This document shows, piece by piece, positions 15,368 through 23,933 of a stretch of DNA of 42,369 nt. The notes below the pieces were generated by a model. The model worked only from the letters and a program-made list of their open reading frames with translations, made no database searches and had not been told where the DNA came from. Position 1 is the stretch's first letter. Each line of letters opens with the position of its first letter. This stretch comes from a virus. Its lineage: Duplodnaviria > Heunggongvirae > Uroviricota > Caudoviricetes. The stretch spans positions 1 through 42,369 of IMG/VR virus record IMGVR_UViG_3300032038_000031; one strand, given 5' to 3'. A program made the translations under genes and the position numbers.

Positions 15368-16402
15368 ATGAGTAAACCTTTAGATTTTAAATCATTAACA
15401 ATACTTGCAAAATTTGCAGCAAATAGTAATAATGCTAATACTTGTTTCTCTTTCAATGATGAAAAATATTCTTGTGAACAAGTAAATGAAACTCTTCGTA
15501 GAGAATTAAATAAGTATGCATTAGATTATAATACATTCCAAGAAAATAAATACAAGATCTTTAAGCTAATGGAAGAAGTTATTCAAGATGTACTTCCAAG
15601 AAAAGTTCTTGATCAGTATGGTAATTTTGCAGAAATTAAACAGTTTAATCAAGGAGATAAAGCTGTATTTACACAAAAGATTACATCTGCCGCAAAGCGT
15701 AGAGCAAAACAGTTTATTACAAAAGTTGGTTTAGCTGGTGTTTATGAAGTATTCAAGCTAGATGGTAAAAGTTATGAAATTCCAACAACTGCTTTTGGTG
15801 GAGCTGCTCAAATTGGATTTGAAGAATTCCTAGATAAGAGATTTGATATGGCTGATCTAGTAGATATTATGCTAGAAGGTCTAGACGAAACTATTTATAT
15901 TGAAATTGAAAAAGCTCTAAAAGGTGCAGTTGAAAATCTTCAAACAGCTAACAAGACTACTCAGACTGGTTTTGTAGAAACTGCAATGGATAATCTATTA
16001 CAGATTGCTGATTCATATGGCACTGGAAAATCTACAATTTATTGTACTTTTGAATTTGCCGCAAAGATGGTTCCTGAAGAAGGCTGGAGATCTGAATCTA
16101 TGAAAGAGCAGAGATGGAACAATGGTTATCTAGCAAACTATAAAGGTCATAAAGTTATTGTTCTAAATCAGTCTTTTGAAGATGAAACAAATTCTAAGAA
16201 AGTTATTGACCCAGCTTATGCTTGGATTATTCCAGGCTCTTCAAAAAAGCCTGTTAAGATTGCTTTTGAAGGACAGACTATTGTTAAAGATTGGGAAAAT
16301 AGAGATCTTTCAAGAGAAATTCAAGTTTATAAAAAGGTTGGTGTAGGTGCAATTATTAATAATGATATTTGCGTTTACATTGATAGTTCTTTAAAAGTTT
16401 AA
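15368..16402 (+). CDS. major capsid protein, 344 aa
   Basis: Position, size and high-expression codon bias; followed by a terminator. Confidence 0.8.
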   Translation: MSKPLDFKSLTILAKFAANSNNANTCFSFNDEKYSCEQVNETLRRELNKYALDYNTFQENKYKIFKLMEEVIQDVLPRKVLDQYGNFAEIKQFNQGDKAVFTQKITSAAKRRAKQFITKVGLAGVYEVFKLDGKSYEIPTTAFGGAAQIGFEEFLDKRFDMADLVDIMLEGLDETIYIEIEKALKGAVENLQTANKTTQTGFVETAMDNLLQIADSYGTGKSTIYCTFEFAAKMVPEEGWRSESMKEQRWNNGYLANYKGHKVIVLNQSFEDETNSKKVIDPAYAWIIPGSSKKPVKIAFEGQTIVKDWENRDLSREIQVYKKVGVGAIINNDICVYIDSSLKV

Positions 16403-16421
16403 AATAGGATAAAAACATATA

Positions 16422-16456
16422 AGGGAAGATAATTTAATAGACATTTTATCTTCCCT
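16422..16456 (+). terminator. intrinsic terminator after the capsid gene
   Basis: AGGGAAGATAA/TTATCTTCCCT stem followed by ATATTTTT. Confidence 0.7.
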
Positions 16457-16494
16457 ATATTTTTATAAAACAAGGAGAAAAAAGGAGAAAAAAT

Positions 16495-17067
16495 ATGAAT
16501 GAACAAATGAAAGTAGCAGTAATAAATAGAGATAGTGGTACAGTAGGATATGTAATTCCAGATTTAAATAATTTACATAGAACTTTTCAGACTAATGAAA
16601 CAAAGTATATTCCTTTTGAAGAATTACGTTCTTTAGCAAATGTTCCTGGTGGTATTTATCTTTTAGAAAATTGTCTTCAAATTCAAGACGAAGAAGTTAT
16701 TAAAGATTTATTAGGTTCAGTAGAACCAGAGTATTATTATTCAAAAGAAGATGTAAAATCTTTATTATTAAATGGTAGTTTAGAGCAATTAGAAGATTGT
16801 TTAAATTTTGCTCCAAGTGGAGTAATTGAAATTTTAAAAGATGAAGCAATAAACTGTGAATTAAATGATGTAAGAAAAAGAGATTTAATTTTTAAAAAGA
16901 CTGGTTTAAATATTAGTACAGCTATAAAGAATAATCATTTAGCGGAAGAAGAAAATGAAGAAGAAGAGGCTCCAAAGAGAAGAAAAGCCGCAGTTCCAGA
17001 AAAGAATAATATTAATACCAGCTCACAAAGAAAAGCTCCAACTCAATATAAAGTTGTAAGCAAATAA
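16495..17067 (+). CDS. hypothetical head-associated protein, 190 aa
   Basis: Intact ORF with RBS in the head-neck region. Confidence 0.6.
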   Translation: MNEQMKVAVINRDSGTVGYVIPDLNNLHRTFQTNETKYIPFEELRSLANVPGGIYLLENCLQIQDEEVIKDLLGSVEPEYYYSKEDVKSLLLNGSLEQLEDCLNFAPSGVIEILKDEAINCELNDVRKRDLIFKKTGLNISTAIKNNHLAEEENEEEEAPKRRKAAVPEKNNINTSSQRKAPTQYKVVSK

Positions 17068-17093
17068 AAGAGAAAAGGAGGCAATATTGATTA

Positions 17094-17567
17094 ATGGCAA
17101 CGAAATTTAGTGAAGTATATAACTTATTTTTAGCAAAAGTCACAGATGATATGTATATGGAATTAACCATAGAAGATACTAAAAAACTTTTACAAGATTT
17201 ATTAATTGCCTCAATTTTTAAATTTGAATTTCCACGAGTTGATTTAACTGAATATAAAGAAATTGATGGAGAGATGTCCTTTGTTGCGGATGTGTCTGTT
17301 GAAGAACAAAATATTTTAGCTACTTATATGGTAGTAGAATGGATAGGACAACAGTTAGCATCAGTTGAAATGACTCGTTTAAAATATTCTGGAAGTGATT
17401 TTAAATTTACTTCTCAAGCAAATCATTTGCAAAAATTATTGACTTTAAAACAAGATTATGAAAGAGAAGGGTTTCATTTACAGAGATTATATAAAAGAAG
17501 AAGAAAAAATGATAAAGGTATTATGGAATCAACTTTTGGAGATATAATGATGCCTTTAGGAGGCTAA
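17094..17567 (+). CDS. putative head-tail adaptor, 157 aa
   Basis: Position and helical character. Confidence 0.5.
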   Translation: MATKFSEVYNLFLAKVTDDMYMELTIEDTKKLLQDLLIASIFKFEFPRVDLTEYKEIDGEMSFVADVSVEEQNILATYMVVEWIGQQLASVEMTRLKYSGSDFKFTSQANHLQKLLTLKQDYEREGFHLQRLYKRRRKNDKGIMESTFGDIMMPLGG

Positions 17568-17568
17568 T

Positions 17569-17880
17569 ATGAATTTTAAATATGATATTAGCATTTCTCA
17601 ACAAGATATAAAAAATAATTTACAAAGATTAATAAATCAAATATACAAGCTCCTTCCTATTCGAGAGGAAGGAGCTAATTGGCAAAAGCCTTTATCAACT
17701 ATTATAGTTGAATTGACGGGAATGGGAGAATTAATCCCATCTTTTAAATATACTATTTTTAATATATTATGTAAACTTGAAGGATTATATTCCTTAACAG
17801 AAGATAAAGATTTTATTTTGTATAGAAGAATTATTTTTGATTGCTTAACATTAATGGGAAAGCTGGTGAAACAATGCTAG
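17569..17880 (+). CDS. hypothetical protein, 103 aa
   Basis: AGGAGG RBS; translationally coupled to neighbours. Confidence 0.7.
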   Translation: MNFKYDISISQQDIKNNLQRLINQIYKLLPIREEGANWQKPLSTIIVELTGMGELIPSFKYTIFNILCKLEGLYSLTEDKDFILYRRIIFDCLTLMGKLVKQC

Positions 17881-18839
17881 ATAAAACAAATTTAAATTTA
17901 AGATTAAATTATTATGGTGGAGAAAAACAGCAATCTCGCATGATTAAAGATAAGGCTAGAGATTTACGAAAAGCTTTATTATATTCTTATCAAGCCGATA
18001 CTGTAATATTGGAAGATGGTAGAGAATTCCGCTGTCTTATTAACCCCAATGAAGACGAAGTAGAAACTGATAAGAAAATTTTAGCTATTCCTTTTAAAGA
18101 TATATGTTTAAATAAAGAAAAAGTAGAAAAGAATAAGACTTCTCAAGATTTTGAAACTATTGGTATTAAAGAAGGAGACACTTTTACTTGGAAAGAAACT
18201 AATACTCATTGGTTAGTTTTTAATCAATATATTCAAGAAAAAGCTTATTTTAGAGCAGAAATTTATTTATGTCAAGATGAAATAGACATTAATGGACAAC
18301 ACTTTTGGGTATATATGTCAAGAAAAAGACCAGAAGATTTAAAATGGTTAAAAAATTCAAATAGTATTTTAAATGAATATGGTTATTCTAATGTATTATA
18401 TATAAAAAGAAATGATATAACATTAAAGTTTTTTCAGCGATTTAAGCATTTTAAAATTGGTAATCAATATTGGCAAGTTGTTTCTGTGCAAGAACAATAT
18501 GGTTTAGGATTAATTCAAGTATTTATAAAAGAAACTTATTCTAATGATTTAGAAAATAATCTTGAACAAACTCCAGAAGAACCTGCTATTCCAGAAGGAA
18601 ATAATAAACCATATATTGAAGGTAAAACAACTGCTAGTCTATTTAGTGAAGAAAATTATAAAATACACAATCTAAATAATGGGCAATGGTTTTTACAGTA
18701 TGAAGGACAGCCATTAATTGATTTACAAAATAATTCTAATTCAGTAAATATTCTTATACAAAATAAGAAAACTTTTTTTGTAATTTATAAGACTAAAGAT
18801 ACAGAAATAAAATTACAAGTAAAAGTATCTAGTTTTTAA
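17874..18839 (+). CDS. putative head closure / neck protein (start reassigned to MLDKT)
   Basis: GGTGA RBS; beta-rich; neck position. Confidence 0.5.
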   Translation: MLDKTNLNLRLNYYGGEKQQSRMIKDKARDLRKALLYSYQADTVILEDGREFRCLINPNEDEVETDKKILAIPFKDICLNKEKVEKNKTSQDFETIGIKEGDTFTWKETNTHWLVFNQYIQEKAYFRAEIYLCQDEIDINGQHFWVYMSRKRPEDLKWLKNSNSILNEYGYSNVLYIKRNDITLKFFQRFKHFKIGNQYWQVVSVQEQYGLGLIQVFIKETYSNDLENNLEQTPEEPAIPEGNNKPYIEGKTTASLFSEENYKIHNLNNGQWFLQYEGQPLIDLQNNSNSVNILIQNKKTFFVIYKTKDTEIKLQVKVSSF

Positions 18840-18865
18840 TTTGAGGAAAAAGGAGTCATAAGGAT

Positions 18866-19456
18866 ATGAAAAAAAATTTAATAATACCACCAGATAAATT
18901 TAGATCATCTTTTTTATCTTGTGAGAAAGATGCTGAATTAATTTGTAAAAAACTTTTTTTAGAAAGTCTTCCATATAGTAATGAATTAAAAAGACTATTA
19001 ATTATTAATGCAAAAGACTGTTTAGATAATACAGAAAATGAACAATATCAAGAAAAAATTAATTTATCTTTAAAAGAAATTAAAGATAAAGGCTATATTA
19101 GATTTATGCCACGAATTCAAATTCAAGAATTTGAAGAATTAAAATCATATATAATTGTGTCATTTGATAATTTTACTCCAAATAACACGAATCCGCAATT
19201 TAGAGATCATATTGTAAACTTTGATATATTGTGTCATTTTGACTATTGGGATTTAGGGAATTTTAGAATGAGACCTTTAAAAATTGCGGGATATATAGAT
19301 GGAATATTAAATAATACAAAACTTACTGGAATAGGAACTTTCCAATTTTTAACTTGTAAAGAATTAATTTTATCAGAAGATTGGGGCGGATATACCTTAA
19401 GTTATATGGCTATTCAAGGTTCTGATGATAAAATTCCAGAGGATGCTTTTGAATAA
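18866..19456 (+). CDS. putative tail terminator / completion protein, 196 aa
   Basis: Position; VNFDILCH...IAGYIDGILN...GGYTLSY pattern. Confidence 0.45.
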   Translation: MKKNLIIPPDKFRSSFLSCEKDAELICKKLFLESLPYSNELKRLLIINAKDCLDNTENEQYQEKINLSLKEIKDKGYIRFMPRIQIQEFEELKSYIIVSFDNFTPNNTNPQFRDHIVNFDILCHFDYWDLGNFRMRPLKIAGYIDGILNNTKLTGIGTFQFLTCKELILSEDWGGYTLSYMAIQGSDDKIPEDAFE

Positions 19457-20186
19457 TAGATTATTATTATTATGCGGAGAGGACATCCCTTTTCCAGAAG
19501 CAAGTATTACAATTCATGTTCCCACATTACAAGAAATTTCTTATATAGGAGAAAGAAGTTTCTTTTTAGGTTGCGAATTTTTTGCTTTTTCTGAAGAATT
19601 TTTAAAAATGAAGGACAAAAGTAATTTAGATAATCAAAGTAGTTTTGATATAATTATGACAATGTTATCTATGAATATTCAAACACCTGATGCAATAGAA
19701 TTAGTTTCTTCAATATATTTATTTTTAGGATTACTTTTTCCAAAAAGAGAAATTAATTTTACATATAATGAGATAAGATTGATCCAAGAACAAGATGTTG
19801 CTATCATTAATAAAAATAATTTTAATATTTTTCAAGATTTAATAAAAGCAATGTTTTGTTTAGAAAAAAAGGCAGAAGAAAAATATAACCCTGCCGGAGA
19901 ACAAGCCTCAAGAATTGCTAAAAAACTAGAAGAACGACATCGTAAATTAGCAGAAAAAGATAAACAGAAAAAAGGCGATGTAGTAGATGTTCTTAATAGA
20001 TACATGTCTATTTTAATGCTATTTTATGATGTAAATACTTTAAAACAATATACTTATTATCAAATTGCTGAACTTTTTGAAAGAGTACAGCTAAGAGAAG
20101 TATATGAAAGTAATATGAAAGCAAGACTTGCAGGGGCAAAAAATTTAGAACAAGTAGATCATTGGATGGTAGATCTCCATTCATAA
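19425..20186 (+). CDS. hypothetical tail-assembly protein (start may be the TTG at 19449)
   Basis: Lies upstream of the tail tube gene; chaperone-like C-terminus. Confidence 0.5.
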   Translation: MIKFQRMLLNNRLLLLCGEDIPFPEASITIHVPTLQEISYIGERSFFLGCEFFAFSEEFLKMKDKSNLDNQSSFDIIMTMLSMNIQTPDAIELVSSIYLFLGLLFPKREINFTYNEIRLIQEQDVAIINKNNFNIFQDLIKAMFCLEKKAEEKYNPAGEQASRIAKKLEERHRKLAEKDKQKKGDVVDVLNRYMSILMLFYDVNTLKQYTYYQIAELFERVQLREVYESNMKARLAGAKNLEQVDHWMVDLHS

Positions 20187-20221
20187 TCTTATATATTATT
20201 TAAATAAGGAGGAAATAAACA

Positions 20222-21998
20222 TTGAAAAAATTTGGTGTAAGAGAAATATGTGATGTTACATTTAAAGCTAAACAACCAGTTCGAATTGGTAAAACTGAAT
20301 TTAAAACCAATCAACCAGTTTTAGTTATTGATTCTGCAAAAACTTCAACTATTGAAGGTGCAAGTACAACAGTATATGCACAGGGTTAATTCGGCTCCCT
20401 TTATTAGTAATAATAAAGTGCAAATTACTTTAAATGCTGGGACACCCTAGAAAAACCTCATAGGGCAATCAGCAGCAAAGAATTAATTTTTATAAGAAGG
20501 AGATTTTTATTAATGAATGATTTAATTCAAATTAGTAAAATTTTACCTGAAGTAAAAGATCGTTACTACATAAATAAAAAAGGCGAACTTTTTACAGATA
20601 ATGGCAATAAAAAAATGAAAGATTGCTTAAAAAATGGTTATGTTAAAAATACGCTTGTATTAAAAGATGGCTCTCAAAAGAGTTTTTTCAGACATCGTTT
20701 AGTGATGATATGCTTTAATAAAGTAGATAATTATAAAAATTTACAAGTTAATCATATTGATGGGAATAAACAAAATAACACTTTAAACAATTTAGAGTGG
20801 TGTACAAATCAAGAAAATAGAATCCATGCAGTAAAATTGGGTTTAGCAGCTTCTTTAAAGGGAGAAGATAATCCCGCTAGTAAATTGTTAGAAAGTCAAG
20901 TTTTAGATATTATAAATGATTTATTAAATCATGTTCCTTATTCTCAAATTTGTAAAAAATATAATTGTTCAAAAAGTACTATTTCAGCTATAAAAAATAA
21001 GCGTAATTGGATTTACTTAACTAAAGATATAAATTTTGATTAATGTTCAACGACTATCCCGAAAGGGAGTACACTATAAGCGATTGATAGTGGAAAAAGG
21101 TAAATTCCTAATATGTAGTAGGAATAAGATATAGTCTAATCTATACATATATATAAAAGTATAGCAGTTCATAAGAGAACGCATATTGATGTAGCGAATC
21201 ATATGGAATATAATGGGTAAAGGTAATACTAGACTAATTGCTTGGGAAGGTGAAAAGACTTTAACATTTACAGTTGAAGATGCTCTTTTATCTCCTATTG
21301 GTTTTTCTATTCTATCTGGAGCAGGATTATTTGAAAGTGACACAGAAACTGTTAGAGTTCATAGAACCGCTACCGCTTTTGTTGCTAAAGGTAAAAAAGA
21401 AATTGATTTAACTCCTGCATTACCAGGCGAAGAATATGTTGATATTACTGCACCTTTGTTTGTTATGACTGACAATGGCGCAGGTCCAGTTGGAACACCA
21501 TTAGAAGTTGATACAACTACAACTACTGGAGAACAGGTTAAGAAGCTTACTTTAAAGTTAGCGGATGGTGTTACTGGTGTTACTGAAGATACTACTGTAT
21601 TTGTTGATTACTATGTAAAGAAAAGTGCAGCAAAGGTTTCAGAGCTTCAAATTGATGCAGAAAAGTTTGCTGGTAACTATTATGTAGAAGCAAGTACTTT
21701 ATTTAGAGATACTGATGGTAAAGATATGCCTGCCGAAATCACTATGCCTAATGTAAAAATTCAATCTAATTTTACATTCTCAATGGCATCAACTGGTGAT
21801 CCAAGTACATTCACATTTACTATGGATGCTTTCCCTGGTTATACTTTATTTGATCATACAAAAAAAGTACTTTGTGTAATGCAAATTATTGATGATAATA
21901 GTGTAGCTACTAAAGATATTAATACAGTAATGCCAGGTAAGGACCCAGTACATGATACTAGTGATGAAGACCAAGATTCATATGAGAATAAAAATTAA
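20222..21998 (+). CDS. major tail (tube) protein, spliced, 315 aa; exons 20222-20386 and 21216-21998
   Basis: TTG start with AGGAGG RBS, exon 1 missing from the ORF track. The junction restores VYAQG|GKGNTRLIAWEGEK; C-terminal FTFTMDA motif; high-expression codons; followed by a terminator. Confidence 0.85.
20387..21215 (+). mobile_element. group I intron in the tail tube gene (IA-like), with HNH HEG in the P6 loop
   Basis: Exon ends in U with GGGT/GCTC P1; AATGCTGGGA and AATCAGCAGC elements; R GTTCAACGACTA; S AAGATATAGTCT; ends GAATATAATG, as intron 3 does. Confidence 0.92.
20513..21043 (+). CDS. HNH homing endonuclease, 176 aa
   Basis: RHRLVM...QVNHIDGNKQNNTLNNLEWCTNQEN plus a C-terminal HTH; AAGGAG RBS. 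Confidence 0.92.
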   Translation: MNDLIQISKILPEVKDRYYINKKGELFTDNGNKKMKDCLKNGYVKNTLVLKDGSQKSFFRHRLVMICFNKVDNYKNLQVNHIDGNKQNNTLNNLEWCTNQENRIHAVKLGLAASLKGEDNPASKLLESQVLDIINDLLNHVPYSQICKKYNCSKSTISAIKNKRNWIYLTKDINFD

Positions 21999-22009
21999 TA
22001 TTATAGGTT

Positions 22010-22033
22010 AAAGGCGGGGATTTCCCCGTCTTT
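22010..22033 (+). terminator. intrinsic terminator after the tail tube gene
   Basis: AGGCGGGGA-TT-TCCCCGTCT-TT hairpin. Confidence 0.75.
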
Positions 22034-22052
22034 AATTATATAGGAGGAAAAT

Positions 22053-23336
22053 ATGGGGAAACAAAAAACTGTATCATCTAGTAAACAAGAAATAATTGAA
22101 AAAATAAAAGAGCAATTAATAAATGTAATGAGTAAAGATGTTAGTGAAGAAGTGCAAGAAAATTTTCAAAATTTGGTAAATGCTGCAAAGACATTATATA
22201 AAAATTTACAAAGAATAGAAGATCAAGAAGGGCTAATAGCTCAAGTTGAGAAGAAGGCAAAAACTTTACGAGCTTTTTTTACTACAAAAGAAAATCTTTC
22301 ATTATTATTAAATAACAGAAAAGAATCAAAACAACAGAAAGTTATTAATGATGTTCTTAAATATGTTCATGAATTTGAATTAGCTTTAGATCAATTCTTA
22401 AATAGAAAAGTTCAGTTAGTATGGGTAGATGAAAAAGGTAATTTATTAGCAACTACAGAAGATGGCTATAATCAATTATTATCAATGGCAAATGTAGATT
22501 CAGACAGTCGTGGCAAGATAGCTGAAAATGCAGTAAAAACATTAGAAACTTTAGAAAATTCTAAAAATATTTATACAGAAGCTCTTACAGATTTTAATGA
22601 CTCTATAAATAATAGAAAAAGATTTTATCAATTAGCTCTTAAAAGATATGAAGCAAATACGATAGAAGAAGAAATTGGAGAAAAAAAGCCTCAAAAGCCT
22701 CAAAAACATTTTTATTGGAAAAAAGATAACGAAAAAGATGATTCTGAATCAGAAAATATTATAGGAAAATATGTTCTTAGTAAAAAAATTAATAATAAGG
22801 GAAGAATAGCTGAAGCTTATGTTGAATCAGTTATTAATGATACAGAAGAACCACTTGAAGAAAATAATTGGTTGCGTCATTTAAATAGTTTAATTTATGA
22901 AGATAATATCTCTGCAATATTAAGAGGAGATGTTATTAAAAAAATTATAAATGTAAATACAGGAGAATCAAAATTAGAACAACATTTTGCAGTAAAAAGT
23001 GGTTCTTGGAGTACTGCAGGTATAAAACAATATTTATTATTAGCAGAGAGATTGAAAGATTTTAAAGATGTCCAAATTTCTCCATCTTTATTCAGAGTTG
23101 GTTTGCCTATGTTATTAACTGCAAAAAAAGATAAAAAAGTAGAAAAGATTAAAAGTTATATAGTAAAAGATGCAGCAGAAGAAGTATCTAACAAAACAGA
23201 AAAACAGATTAATAATATTGCATCAGATCGATTATTAGAATTATTAAAATTATACTTCAAAAATACTACTAAAAAAGATATGGCAAAGAGAACAGCTATT
23301 TTAAGTGCAAGTTTGAATATAAAACTAGAAATTTAA
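22053..23336 (+). CDS. hypothetical protein, 427 aa, possibly a degenerate PD-(D/E)XK fold
   Basis: GRIAEAY...RGDV...FAVKS spacing. Confidence 0.5.
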   Translation: MGKQKTVSSSKQEIIEKIKEQLINVMSKDVSEEVQENFQNLVNAAKTLYKNLQRIEDQEGLIAQVEKKAKTLRAFFTTKENLSLLLNNRKESKQQKVINDVLKYVHEFELALDQFLNRKVQLVWVDEKGNLLATTEDGYNQLLSMANVDSDSRGKIAENAVKTLETLENSKNIYTEALTDFNDSINNRKRFYQLALKRYEANTIEEEIGEKKPQKPQKHFYWKKDNEKDDSESENIIGKYVLSKKINNKGRIAEAYVESVINDTEEPLEENNWLRHLNSLIYEDNISAILRGDVIKKIINVNTGESKLEQHFAVKSGSWSTAGIKQYLLLAERLKDFKDVQISPSLFRVGLPMLLTAKKDKKVEKIKSYIVKDAAEEVSNKTEKQINNIASDRLLELLKLYFKNTTKKDMAKRTAILSASLNIKLEI

Positions 23337-23422
23337 TTAATTGGGCAAATATGTTTTATTTTTTTTAAATGCTTTTGATATAATTTTAGATGAGGTTATT
23401 AAAAACAGGAGGAAAGAATAAA

Positions 23423-23908
23423 ATGGAAGAGGTTCTTCAATTATTAAGTTCTTATTCTTTTTCAGAGATTGTGTGTTTTATTATTGCTTTGTTATTAGCA
23501 ATAAAAGGATTAATTACTTTTTTAGATTGGACTAAAGAAAAAATTACTTTACTTTATAAAAAACACTATAAACAAGATATAGCAAAAATAAACCAAAAAA
23601 CAAAGGAAGAAGAAAAAAATGAAATAATTAATCAAATCAAAACAGAACAAGCGGAAATCCGCAATTGTATTACTGAATTAACAAATAAAACAAATTTATT
23701 ACTTGAATCAGATAAAGATGATATAAAGTCATTCATAACTAAAGAGCATCATTACTTTTGTTATAAGCAAAAATGGATTGATGATTACAGTTTAGACTGT
23801 TGTGAAAAGAGGTATGCTCATTATAAAGCGGAAAAAGGTAATTCTTTTATAGAAGGTTTTATGGAAGAATTAAGAGCATTACCAAAAGAACCTAATATAA
23901 GAAAATAA
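23423..23908 (+). CDS. membrane protein with an N-terminal TM helix and coiled coil, holin-like (start reassigned to MEEVL)
   Basis: AGGAGG RBS at 23408; hydrophobic IVCFIIALLLAIKGLITFL segment. Confidence 0.55.
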   Translation: MEEVLQLLSSYSFSEIVCFIIALLLAIKGLITFLDWTKEKITLLYKKHYKQDIAKINQKTKEEEKNEIINQIKTEQAEIRNCITELTNKTNLLLESDKDDIKSFITKEHHYFCYKQKWIDDYSLDCCEKRYAHYKAEKGNSFIEGFMEELRALPKEPNIRK

Positions 23909-23933
23909 AGAAAATGAAAGGAGGAATATTTAT

